A stretch of DNA of 29,332 nt from Chloroflexota bacterium (GTDB taxonomy: Bacteria; Chloroflexota; Limnocylindria; Limnocylindrales; CSP1-4): contig JADGQG010000001.1 of NCBI GenBank assembly GCA_017882025.1, positions 1 to 29,332 of the forward strand, in the 5' to 3' direction. A model generated the notes under the pieces. It saw only the letters and a program-made list of their open reading frames with translations. It did no database searches and had not been told where the DNA came from. Shown here one piece after another: positions 8,364 through 17,499 of this stretch. The stretch's first letter is position 1. Every line of letters begins with the position of its first letter. A program made the position numbers and the translations under genes.

Positions 8364-9471
8364 AGGCCGGTTCTTCGCGGACGTCGCCTGCCGCGCGGGC
8401 GGCGCGCCGCAGGCGATCCATCACGGCCCGACCCAGGCCCACGTCGGGGAACGGCTCCGCCACGATCCGGGAGAGATCGGCGGCCTGGAGCGAATGGAGC
8501 GCGTCGAACAGGCGCGCGGCGGCGCCCACGGCATCGCCGTTGGCGTCGAGGACCTCGACCGCTGCGAACGGTCCCCCGGCCGCTTCGGCGGCGGCCCGGC
8601 CCGCGGCCGAGGCGGCGAGGAAGCCGACACGCTCCCCCGGACGCACCACGAACGCCAGGGCAGCCTCCGGGTCGCGCGGGTTCGCGAGCACGAGCGGGAT
8701 GCGCGGTGCGTAGTGCGCACCGGCACGGCCGGGCGCCAGCTCGGCCGTGCGCGGGGCTCCGTCGACGAGCACCTCGAGACGCCCGATCTCCGCCTCGATC
8801 GCCTCGATCGCGAGGCCCCCGGGACGCAGGAGCGTGGCGCGGCCCGCTGCGAGCAGGATGACCGTGGACTCGATCCCAACCCGGCACGGCCCGCCGTCGA
8901 GGACCAGGTCGACACGCGATCCAAGCCCCGCCACGACGTGCGCCGCACGGGTCGGGGAGAGGTGCCCGAACCGGTTCGCGGAGGGCGCGGCCACCGGGAC
9001 GCCGGCGGCACGGATCAGGGCGCGTGCCACGGGGTGGTCGGGCACCCGCAGGCCCACGGTCGGGAGCCCGGCCGTGACGATCCCCGGGATGACGGCCCGC
9101 TTCCGCAGCACGAGCGTGAGCGGCCCCGGCCAGAACCGCGCCGCGAGCCGCGCGACGCGGGGATCGTCCGCGTCCTCCATCTCCGCGTACGTCCCGACCG
9201 CCGACGCGTCCGCGAGGTGGACGATCAGCGGGTCGAAGGCCGGTCGCTCCTTCGCGGCAAAGACGCGTGCGACCGCGCGGGCGTCGAGGGCGTTGGCGCC
9301 AAGGCCGTAGACCGTCTCGGTCGGGAAGACGACGAGGCCGCCGGCGCGGAGCCGCTCCGCGGCGATGGCGATCGAGCCCGGGTCGTCGCCGGGCAGAACC
9401 GGCGGCGCGGGCCAGGCCGGCGGCCTGGACGGGTCGCGGCCGCGGATCGGGGCGTCTTCACGCGTGGGCAT
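8353..9471 (-). CDS. sua5: L-threonylcarbamoyladenylate synthase, Sua5 type (TsaC domain + Sua5 C-terminal domain)
   Basis: VVFPTETVYGLGA, AKERPAFDPLIVH, FWPGPLTLVL, AAPSANRFG, GIESTV, HYAPR. Start 9471; in-frame alternative 9543. Confidence 0.95.
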   Translation of the reverse strand: MPTREDAPIRGRDPSRPPAWPAPPVLPGDDPGSIAIAAERLRAGGLVVFPTETVYGLGANALDARAVARVFAAKERPAFDPLIVHLADASAVGTYAEMEDADDPRVARLAARFWPGPLTLVLRKRAVIPGIVTAGLPTVGLRVPDHPVARALIRAAGVPVAAPSANRFGHLSPTRAAHVVAGLGSRVDLVLDGGPCRVGIESTVILLAAGRATLLRPGGLAIEAIEAEIGRLEVLVDGAPRTAELAPGRAGAHYAPRIPLVLANPRDPEAALAFVVRPGERVGFLAASAAGRAAAEAAGGPFAAVEVLDANGDAVGAAARLFDALHSLQAADLSRIVAEPFPDVGLGRAVMDRLRRAARAAGDVREEPAFNR

Positions 9472-9560
9472 CTCGCGCAGGATCGCGCGTTCGACACGAT
9501 GGCGCACGGCAGGCCGGATTCGTAGCCACGTCGCGGCGCCCATCCAGCTCCGGCGCGGAC

Positions 9561-9570
9561 ATCGTACGAT
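9561..9570. promoter_or_regulatory. Palindromic ATCGTACGAT providing a TACGAT -10 on both strands (sua5/MFS divergent promoter)
   Basis: Perfect 10-bp palindrome between the divergent starts, 10 nt upstream of the MFS ATG. Confidence 0.5.
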
Positions 9571-9580
9571 CGGGCGGCCC

Positions 9581-10852
9581 ATGCCGACCACGACGACGGC
9601 CGTGCCCGACGCAGCCCACATCGCCCCCGAGCCCCTGGCGCGCAACCGGGACTTCAAGGTCGTCCTGCTGGGCCAGGGCGTGAGCTCGTTCGGGGATGCG
9701 ATCACGAACACGGCGCTCCCGCTGCTCGTGCTGGCACTGACCGGCTCGGGCTTCGCGATGGGGATCGTGGGAGCGCTCTCGACGCTGCCGGACCTCCTGA
9801 TCGGGCTGCCGGCCGGCGCGTACGCCGACCGCTGGGACCGGCGCCGGATGATGTTCGTCGCGGACCTCGGCCGGGCCGTCATCACCGTCGCGGTGCCGCT
9901 CACGTACTGGCTGGGTGGGCCCACGATGGCGGTCATCCTGCTCATCACGTTCCCGCTCAACGTCCTGCGCGTGCTCTGGCTGGCGGCCTACACCGCGGCC
10001 GTGCCCGGCCTGGTCGGCCGACCCCAGATCGCCCGGGCCAACGCGATCTTCGAGACGTTCTTCACGGTGGGCTGGATCGCGGGGCCGGCGCTGGCCGGCA
10101 TCCTCTCGGCGGCCATCGGGCCCGCCTCGACGATCGCCATCGACGCGATCACGTTCGCGGTCTCCTCGGCCGCGCTTCTCCTGGTCCGCCGTCCGCTGCG
10201 TCCGGCCCCCCGCGCCGCGCGGCCGCACCTCCTGACTGACATCCGCGAGGGCGTGCGGTACGTGGCGGGCCATCCGACGCTGCGCACGGTGATCCTGTTC
10301 TGGGCCACCTCGCAGGTGATCACCGCGGCGCTCGCGACAGCGCTCACGTACTACGTCACCCGGGACCGGGGCCTCCCGGCGGACGTGCTGGGCATCATCC
10401 TCTCGGCCTTCGGCGTCGGGTCGCTGATCGGATCGCTGGCGGCCGGCCGACGACCCCCCGAGGCGGTCGGCCGCGCCCTGCTGGTCGGCACCGTCGTGAC
10501 CGGCGTCATCCTCCTCGCGTTCACGATCGGCGCACCGGTCGCCGTGCTTGTCGCCGGCGCCCTCGTGGCCGGCACGACGCAGTCGGTGGTGCTGATCGGG
10601 TATATCACGCTGCGGACCGCGCTCTCACCGGACGCGATGCTGGGCCGGATCGGCAGCACGGCCCGGGCGATCTCCGTCGGGCTCATGCCGATCGGGTCGT
10701 TCGTCGGCGGCGCGATGATCGACCTCACGAACGGCGGCGTGACGCTGGCGACGATGGGCGCCCTGCTCCTCGTGGCGAGCGGCGCGTTCGCGCTCATGCC
10801 GAATCTCCGACGGGCGCGCGTACCCCGGCCCGGGAAGCGAGTCATCGCATGA
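9581..10852 (+). CDS. MFS transporter (MFS_3/DHA3-like efflux)
   Basis: RNRDFKVVLLGQGVSSFGDAIT, motif A GAYADRWDRRRMM, about 12 hydrophobic segments. Start trimmed to ATG 9581. Confidence 0.93.
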   Translation: MPTTTTAVPDAAHIAPEPLARNRDFKVVLLGQGVSSFGDAITNTALPLLVLALTGSGFAMGIVGALSTLPDLLIGLPAGAYADRWDRRRMMFVADLGRAVITVAVPLTYWLGGPTMAVILLITFPLNVLRVLWLAAYTAAVPGLVGRPQIARANAIFETFFTVGWIAGPALAGILSAAIGPASTIAIDAITFAVSSAALLLVRRPLRPAPRAARPHLLTDIREGVRYVAGHPTLRTVILFWATSQVITAALATALTYYVTRDRGLPADVLGIILSAFGVGSLIGSLAAGRRPPEAVGRALLVGTVVTGVILLAFTIGAPVAVLVAGALVAGTTQSVVLIGYITLRTALSPDAMLGRIGSTARAISVGLMPIGSFVGGAMIDLTNGGVTLATMGALLLVASGAFALMPNLRRARVPRPGKRVIA

Positions 10853-11023
10853 GCAACGAAGGGGACGCCGTCCGGTGACGTCGCGACCAACGGCGATCCC
10901 GCGCCCGCCGCAACCCACGCCGGCCTTCCTGGCTCCCCGCGTCTCCGTGCACCTCCCCGACCACGTCCGCCACCGCTTCGCGCTCGCGGATGCGGTCCGC
11001 GGACTCCGGGTACCCTTCCAGGC

Positions 11024-11923
11024 ATGAAGGTCGGGCTGCTTCTCCCGCTCAGCGACGACGACGGCTCGGGAGCGCCAGCGTGGCCGTTCATTCGCGATCT
11101 CGCGCTCCAGGCCGAGGCCGGCGGGATCGACTCGCTCTGGATCTGCGACCACCTCCTCTTCCGGCTCGGCGGCGAGGCGACCGGGATCCACGAGGCGTGG
11201 ACCGTGCTGACCGCCGTGGCGACCGCGACTGAGCGGGTCGAGCTCGGCACGATCGTGCTCTCCGCCAGCTTCCGCAACCCGGCGCTCCTCGCGAAGATGG
11301 CCACGACCCTCGACACGGTCTCCGGCGGGCGCCTGATCCTTGGCCTCGGCTGCGGCTGGCACGAGTCTGAGTACACCGCATTCGGCTACCCGTTCGACCA
11401 CCGCGTGACGCGCTTCGACGAGGCGCTCCGGATCATCGGGCCGCTCCTCCGCGAGGGTCGCGTCACGTACGAGGGGATCTACCACCGCGCCGTCGACTGC
11501 GAGATCCTCCCCCGCGGCCCCCGGCCTGCCGGTCCGCCGATCATGGTCGCCGCGCTCGGAGAGCGGATGCTTGGCCTTGCTGCGGAGCATGCGGACCTCT
11601 GGAACACCGCCTGGTTTGGCCTCCCGGACGACCGCCTCGTGCAGCGTCTTGGTGCCATGCGTGCCGCATGCGACGCGATCGGCCGCGAACCCGCGACCCT
11701 GGGCATCACGGTCGGCGTCACGGTCAGGGACGAGCCGGAGGAGGCGTGGGGAAGACCGGGCGCCTCGGCCGCGCTGGTCGCCCAGCCGCAGGTGATCGGG
11801 GACGCCCTCAATGCGTATGCCGCGCTCGGCATCGCCCACATCCAGCTCGACGTCCAGCCCGCCACGCCGACGACGTTCGCGGCGGTCCTGGATGGGTTGG
11901 CCCGGCACCGCGCCGGCGCGTAA
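11024..11923 (+). CDS. LLM class flavin-dependent oxidoreductase (probable F420-dependent type)
   Basis: WICDHL, EAWTVLTAVATATERVELGTIV, RNPALLAKMATTLDTVSGGRLILGLGCGW. Confidence 0.92.
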   Translation: MKVGLLLPLSDDDGSGAPAWPFIRDLALQAEAGGIDSLWICDHLLFRLGGEATGIHEAWTVLTAVATATERVELGTIVLSASFRNPALLAKMATTLDTVSGGRLILGLGCGWHESEYTAFGYPFDHRVTRFDEALRIIGPLLREGRVTYEGIYHRAVDCEILPRGPRPAGPPIMVAALGERMLGLAAEHADLWNTAWFGLPDDRLVQRLGAMRAACDAIGREPATLGITVGVTVRDEPEEAWGRPGASAALVAQPQVIGDALNAYAALGIAHIQLDVQPATPTTFAAVLDGLARHRAGA

Positions 11924-11937
11924 GCCACCGAGCACCG

Positions 11938-14496
11938 TCAGCCAGGTCGAACCTTCCGTGGGACCGCGCGCATCAGCGCCGGAGCAACGCGCGGCACGAG
12001 GCCGGTGCGTCGAAGGCCGTGGACCAGGACGGTCCATGCGACGCCGATGCCGAGCAGCGTGAGGACCTCGCGCGCGCCGAGCGTCGTGAGCTCGTAGAAG
12101 TCGCGTGCGAAGGGGAGCGCCAGGATGACGAGGTAGACGACCAGCATGATTCCCGCCAGGAGCCAGGGCCACCACCGGACAAGGCGCCCCGGCGATTCCT
12201 CGCGCGCCCCCGATGAGATCAGCGGCAGGAGCCCCAGCCCGCAGAAGACCGTGACCGACGTGAGCACGGTCTGGGCTTCGACGACGGAGACGCCGGTGCC
12301 GAGCGCGTACGCGTACGTGGGGAGCGCGACGAGCACGACCGCGAAGGAGACCGGGATGGACACCCGGAGCGTCTCTGCCAGGAGGCTGCGGGGGAGCCGG
12401 CGCGGCGGGACCCAGATCGCCAGGACGATCAACGGGATGCCGACGGTCGCGAACGCCAGCACGGAATTCTGGCGCGGGGTAAGCGGGAACGGAAGGCCCA
12501 CGATCGCGGCGCCGGCGATGATGAGGAGCACGTAGAACGTCCGCGAGAGGAGGAGCACCAGGGTCGCCTCCATCGCCGCCACGATTCGCTGGCCCTCGAT
12601 CACCGCCTTCGGGAGCACGCCGAACCGGTCCCCGAGCAGGACGAGGTCGGCGACGCCGCGCGCGGCTGCCGAGCCCGACTCCATCGCGATCCCGAGGTTC
12701 GCCCGGCGAAGCGAAAGGATGTCGTTGACGCCGTCGCCGACCATCGCAACGTAGTGCCCGCGGCCGCGGAGGAGCGCGACGAGCCGGGCCTTGAGGGCGG
12801 GCTCGACGCGACCGAAGATGGAGCGCCGTTCCGCCTCGTCGGCCGCCCCGGCGTCCTCGAGCGTCGCGATCGCCGGCCCGGACGCCGCCCCGCCGGCGAC
12901 GTCGAGGCCGACTCGACGGGCGAGCGCCTCCACGGTCGCCGGGTCGTCGCCGGAGATCACCTTGAGATCGATGCCGGCCCGCGCGAACCCGCCGAGGATC
13001 TCGCGCACGTCCGTGCGCAGCTCCTCGCCGAAGCGGAGGAGCGCCACCGGTGCCAGGTCGGCCGGAACCGCCGGCCGGCCGTCATGGTCCCGGAGCGCGG
13101 CAGGTACCGGGACGCGTGCCAGTAGCAGGACGCGCGCACCCTCGGCGGCGACGGCGGCTGCGCGCGCCGCGACGGCCTCCGGAGTGGGTGCGATCGCCCC
13201 GGGGGCAGCCGCATCGGTCCGGTCGGCACGCGCGAGGCGCGGCACGAGGACCGCCGGCGCACCCAGGACCCAGGCGCCCCCATCCGCGAAGCGAAGGCCG
13301 GACCAGCGCCGTTCCGACGCGAACGCGATCTCGTCATCGACCGGCCGCGCGAGCCCCGGGTTGGCCGCGGCGATCGCGTCGGTCGTGCGGTTCGGCGCGG
13401 TCGTGCTGGCGGCCAGCATCCCGAGGGTCGCGGCCACGCCGCCGGCGTCGTGGCCGCCCAGGACCTCGGCACCGGCGTACCAGATCCGCTGGGTGGTGAG
13501 CGTTCCGGTCTTGTCCATGCAGAGCGTGTCCACGCGCGCCATCGACTCGACGGCGTTCTGGCGCTGGACGAGGGCGCCGAGGTGGCTGATCCGGAGCGCC
13601 CCGGCGGCGTACGTGACGGTCACCATGATCGCGAGGCCCTGCGGCACGAGCGTCACGAGGACTGCCACGGCTGTGAGCGTCTGGGTCGAGTTGAACCCGC
13701 CCGGCAGCGCGGCCAGGGCCAGGGCTACCGGGATCACCGTGACTGCGACGAGCCCAGCGATCGCCCAGATCGTGGCGGCGATCTCGCGCTGGAGCGGGGT
13801 GCGCTCGTCGCCAAGCCGCTTCGCCTCCGCGAGGAGCCGGTTCGCGAAGCTCGAGGCGCCGACCGTCTCCACCTCGAAGACCGCCGTGCCCGAGATGATC
13901 GCGCTCCCGGACAGGACAGGGTCGCCGGCCTGCTTCTGGACCGGGTCCGACTCCCCGGTGAGAAGGGATTCGTCCAGCTCGACGCGGCCCTCGCCGACGA
14001 GCGTGCCGTCGAGGACCACCTCGTCGCCGCGGCGGGCGACGAGGAGGTCGCCCAGGACGGCCTCCTCGGGATCGATGCCGCGCTCATGGGCCTCGCGGAT
14101 GACGCGGGCCTGCGGGCGCGCCAGGAACGCGATCCGGTCCAGCTTTCGCTTCGCCCGCGACTCCTGGACGACGCCGATCCCGATGTTGGCGAGGACCGGG
14201 CCCGCGGTCAGGAGCGCCTCCACGGCCATCCCGAACAGCAGGAGGAGGACTGAGACGGCGATGAGGATCCCGTTGATTCCCGGGTACGCGTTCTGGCGGA
14301 GGATCTCCCAGTACGTCCGCGAGGTTGACGGGCGGTACGTGTTTCCCTCGCCGCGTGCCCGCCGCGCGGTCGCCTCCGCCTCCGAGAGCCCGTCGGCTGG
14401 GGTGCGCACCGGCTTGACCACGCGCGGGTACGGCGGCAGCGTGGGAACCCGGGCGCCCCCGGCCGGGATCGGCGGGTGGGCGGGCGCAGCGATCAT
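11938..14496 (-). CDS. Cation-translocating P-type ATPase (HAD-IC, CtpE-like)
   Basis: LTGESDP, CMDKTGTLT, KVISGDDPATV, AMVGDGVNDIL; M4 motif VPQGL. Start uncertain (14508, 14496 or 14421); 14496 lies 7 nt after CATGAT. Confidence 0.93.
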   Translation of the reverse strand: MIAAPAHPPIPAGGARVPTLPPYPRVVKPVRTPADGLSEAEATARRARGEGNTYRPSTSRTYWEILRQNAYPGINGILIAVSVLLLLFGMAVEALLTAGPVLANIGIGVVQESRAKRKLDRIAFLARPQARVIREAHERGIDPEEAVLGDLLVARRGDEVVLDGTLVGEGRVELDESLLTGESDPVQKQAGDPVLSGSAIISGTAVFEVETVGASSFANRLLAEAKRLGDERTPLQREIAATIWAIAGLVAVTVIPVALALAALPGGFNSTQTLTAVAVLVTLVPQGLAIMVTVTYAAGALRISHLGALVQRQNAVESMARVDTLCMDKTGTLTTQRIWYAGAEVLGGHDAGGVAATLGMLAASTTAPNRTTDAIAAANPGLARPVDDEIAFASERRWSGLRFADGGAWVLGAPAVLVPRLARADRTDAAAPGAIAPTPEAVAARAAAVAAEGARVLLLARVPVPAALRDHDGRPAVPADLAPVALLRFGEELRTDVREILGGFARAGIDLKVISGDDPATVEALARRVGLDVAGGAASGPAIATLEDAGAADEAERRSIFGRVEPALKARLVALLRGRGHYVAMVGDGVNDILSLRRANLGIAMESGSAAARGVADLVLLGDRFGVLPKAVIEGQRIVAAMEATLVLLLSRTFYVLLIIAGAAIVGLPFPLTPRQNSVLAFATVGIPLIVLAIWVPPRRLPRSLLAETLRVSIPVSFAVVLVALPTYAYALGTGVSVVEAQTVLTSVTVFCGLGLLPLISSGAREESPGRLVRWWPWLLAGIMLVVYLVILALPFARDFYELTTLGAREVLTLLGIGVAWTVLVHGLRRTGLVPRVAPALMRAVPRKVRPG

Positions 14497-14542
14497 CGCG
14501 TGGATCATGCCGGATCGCGGCGCTCGTGTACCGTTCCGCCGT

Positions 14543-15484
14543 GTGGACGCGATCGCGACGGAGGGCCTGACAAAGCACTACGGGTTGCCGCGCTGGTGGC
14601 GCGGCGGGTCCGCCCGATTCGCGCCGATCCGGGCGCTCGACGACCTCACGATCGCCGTCCATGCGGGCGAGATCTTCGGCTTCCTCGGCCCGAACGGCTC
14701 CGGCAAGAGCACTGCGATCCGCCTCTTCCTCGGTTTCATCCACCCGACAGCCGGTCGGGCGCACGTCCTCGGCCAGGACGTTTCCACCGCCGGCGCGGCG
14801 CTCCGGGGCCGGATCGGCTACCTGCCGGGTGGCATCGCCCTCTACGACAGCCTCACCGGGACCCAGCTCCTCGACTACCTCGGGGCGTTCTATGCCCGCC
14901 CGCCGCTCCTGCGCGACAGCCTCGTCGAACGCCTCGATCTGTCCGGGCGGGATCTCGGGCGCCCCATTCGCGACTACTCGCGCGGGATGCGCCAGAAGAT
15001 CGGGATCGTCCAGGCGCTCCAGCACGATCCGGAGCTCGCCATCCTCGATGAGCCATCCGAAGGCCTCGACCCGCTCATGCAGCGGGCGTTCTATGCGATC
15101 CTCGACGAGCGAAAGGCCGCTGGCAGGACCGTGTTCTTCAGCTCCCACGTGCTCTCCGAAGTGGAGCGGGTCTGCGACCGGGTCGCGATCATTCGGGATG
15201 GCCGACTGGTGGCGCTCGAGAGCGTGGGCGCGCTCCTGGCCCGGCGCCGGCGACACGTCGAGGCGCGGCTGGATGCGCCGGCGCCGGCTCTGGCGGCCGC
15301 GCTCGCCGCCCTCCCGGGCGTCTCGGCGTTCGAGGCGCGCGACGATCGGCTGGCGTTTGGGCTCGACGGGGACGTGGCGCCACTCCTGCGCCTCCTGGAG
15401 GGCGCTCCGCTTGCCGATCTCACGATCGAGCCGGCCCGCCTGGAGGACGCGTTCCTGGAGCTGTACGACGAGCCGGCGCCGTGA
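14543..15484 (+). CDS. ABC transporter ATP-binding protein (ABC-2 exporter type)
   Basis: Walker A GPNGSGKS, signature YSRGMRQK, Walker B ILDEP, H-loop SSHVL. GTG 14543 lies 8 nt after TACCGT (alternative ATG 14507). Confidence 0.94.
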   Translation: MDAIATEGLTKHYGLPRWWRGGSARFAPIRALDDLTIAVHAGEIFGFLGPNGSGKSTAIRLFLGFIHPTAGRAHVLGQDVSTAGAALRGRIGYLPGGIALYDSLTGTQLLDYLGAFYARPPLLRDSLVERLDLSGRDLGRPIRDYSRGMRQKIGIVQALQHDPELAILDEPSEGLDPLMQRAFYAILDERKAAGRTVFFSSHVLSEVERVCDRVAIIRDGRLVALESVGALLARRRRHVEARLDAPAPALAAALAALPGVSAFEARDDRLAFGLDGDVAPLLRLLEGAPLADLTIEPARLEDAFLELYDEPAP

Positions 15485-16293
15485 GCGGGATCCTCTTCCG
15501 GCGGACGTGGGCAGCCCAGCGCGTCCGCCTGCTCCTCGTGATGCTGGCGCTCGCGGTCTGGGGGTTCCTGCTCCCGGTGGTCTACGCCACGTTCGGGAAG
15601 GAGATCGGGACGCTGGTCCAGAGCGGCGCGTTCGCGAACGTCTTCGACGTCCTTTCGCGTTTCACCGGCGGCGACGTCTTCAGCATCCGGGGAACCGTCG
15701 CGCTCGGGCTCGTCCACCCGATCGCCCTCGCCCTCGTGGCGATCCAGGTGATCGGGTTCGCGGCGGCTGCGGTCGCCGGAGAGCGCCAGCGCGGCACGCT
15801 TGAGGTGCTCCTCGCGCGGCCGCTGGAGCGCCGGGTCCTGTACGCGACGCTGCTGGCTGCGACGGTCCTCTTCGCCGCCCTCACGGAGGCGGCCGTCCTG
15901 GGCGGCATCGTGGCGGGCGCGCTCCTGTTCGGGGTGGCCGGCGATCTCCGGGCGATCGACATCGCGCTCTGCTGGCTCAACGCGGTGGCGCTCTTCGGCA
16001 CGCTCGGGGCGATCTCGCTGGCCGCGTCGGTGAGCTTCGACCGGCTGGGGCCGGCGATGGGAATCGCGCTGGGCGTCACGCTCGTCGGGTACGCCGTCGA
16101 GTTCCTGGGCACGCTCTGGCCGGACGCGGCGTGGCTTCGGCCGTACTCGCCATTCCGCTACTTCCAGCCGACGCGGATCCTGGCCGGCACCTTCGAGCTG
16201 GGCGACCTGCTGGTCCTCGGCGCGATCTTCGCCGCTGCGGTCGCGTGGGCCGCGTGGGTCTTCCCGCGCCGGGATCTCGCGGCCCCGAGCTGA
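15481..16293 (+). CDS. ABC-2 type permease
   Basis: VAGERQRGTLEVLLARPLERR, PYSPFRYF, six hydrophobic segments, GTGA overlap with the ATPase gene. Confidence 0.92.
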   Translation: MSGILFRRTWAAQRVRLLLVMLALAVWGFLLPVVYATFGKEIGTLVQSGAFANVFDVLSRFTGGDVFSIRGTVALGLVHPIALALVAIQVIGFAAAAVAGERQRGTLEVLLARPLERRVLYATLLAATVLFAALTEAAVLGGIVAGALLFGVAGDLRAIDIALCWLNAVALFGTLGAISLAASVSFDRLGPAMGIALGVTLVGYAVEFLGTLWPDAAWLRPYSPFRYFQPTRILAGTFELGDLLVLGAIFAAAVAWAAWVFPRRDLAAPS

Positions 16294-16297
16294 GCGG

Positions 16298-17233
16298 CTA
16301 CGGCGTCGCGGCCGGTACCTTCGACGCCATCGGGGCGGAGCTGCCGAGCGGGGCGGAGCTGCCTCCCGGTGTCGGGCTCGCGGGCGGTGCGGGCGCCGAG
16401 ACCGCTGCCATGGCATCGCTGATAGTCGACCAGCCGGCACTGAACCCGGACAGGATTCGCGTTCCGCCCGGACCGCTGAGGCGCACGGTCGGGGTGGACT
16501 CGATGCCGGCCGCGCGGCCCTGGGCCGTCTCGTCCGCGACTGCCTTCGCGACCGCCGGATCGTCGAGGCAGGCAGTGAACGCCGTCGCGTCGAGGGCCGC
16601 GATGCCGGCCAGGGTGACGAGGTTCGCCCGCGTGAACGCACCCTGGTTCTCACCCTTCTGCGAGGCGAACAGGAGGTCGTGGTAGCGCCAGTAGGCGCCC
16701 GGATCCTGGGAGCCGGCGCACCGGGCGGCCACCGCGGCATCGATGGACTCCTGGCCCAGGAACACGAAGTCGCGGTAGACGATCCGGGCGATGCCGGGCA
16801 GCACGTACGCTCGCTCCATGGATCCGCCGAAGACCGTCGCCTCGAGACGGCAGTACGGGCACTGGTAGTCCGCCCACACCTCGATGGTCACCGGCGCGGC
16901 TGCGCTTCCCAGCGACGGCCCGTCGGCGGCGTTCGGGGGCGGCGTCGGGGTCGGTGCGAGAGTCGGCGTCGGTGAGGGCGAGGCGCGCCCGACCCCGCCG
17001 AATGCGACGAGGCTTCCCCCCACGAGCAGCGCCCCCGCGAGCGCCGCGGCCAGGTACCCCAGCGCGACGGCGGGCCCGCGCCCGGGTCGCGCCGCTGCCG
17101 GTGGCGGGCCCGTCGGCACGACCGGCTCGGTCGTCACGAAGTCGAAGGGCTCCGCGTCGGGCCCGGTGATCGGAAGCTCGGCCGCGTCGGCCGCGTGCCG
17201 GGCGTCAGCATCGGGAGGGAGGGAGTCGGTCAT
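16298..17233 (-). CDS. Membrane-anchored DsbA-like thioredoxin-fold protein
   Basis: TM helix, Pro/Thr linker, LGSAAAPVTIEVWADYQCPYCR, cis-Pro loop IESTPT. Start trimmed to ATG 17233. Confidence 0.9.
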   Translation of the reverse strand: MTDSLPPDADARHAADAAELPITGPDAEPFDFVTTEPVVPTGPPPAAARPGRGPAVALGYLAAALAGALLVGGSLVAFGGVGRASPSPTPTLAPTPTPPPNAADGPSLGSAAAPVTIEVWADYQCPYCRLEATVFGGSMERAYVLPGIARIVYRDFVFLGQESIDAAVAARCAGSQDPGAYWRYHDLLFASQKGENQGAFTRANLVTLAGIAALDATAFTACLDDPAVAKAVADETAQGRAAGIESTPTVRLSGPGGTRILSGFSAGWSTISDAMAAVSAPAPPASPTPGGSSAPLGSSAPMASKVPAATP

Positions 17234-17499
17234 GGGGAGGAACCTCGTCAGCGCGTGCCCGAAGCGTACCTGAACGGGTTCGCCGCGGGCGGGTCGGCGA
17301 CAGCGCGGGAAGTTGGTTTTGCACCAGACCCCACCGCACGCCACGCCTGGTGACCGGCGGCACCGCAAGATCGTCACAAAGGGCCACCCGACCGTCCCAC
17401 TTCCGGCCTCGCCGCGTGTAGAGTCGCGGTTGCGGCCGGGCGTGCCGCCCGACCACCTTGGGCGTGGCGGATGTGCCGGCCGTGAACGGGAAGGACCTC

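Noticed and set aside
11938-17233. P-type ATPase + ABC-2 + DsbA as a single metal-resistance system
   Set aside because: Divergent and convergent orientations, no metal-binding motifs or regulator, and no evidence of co-function.
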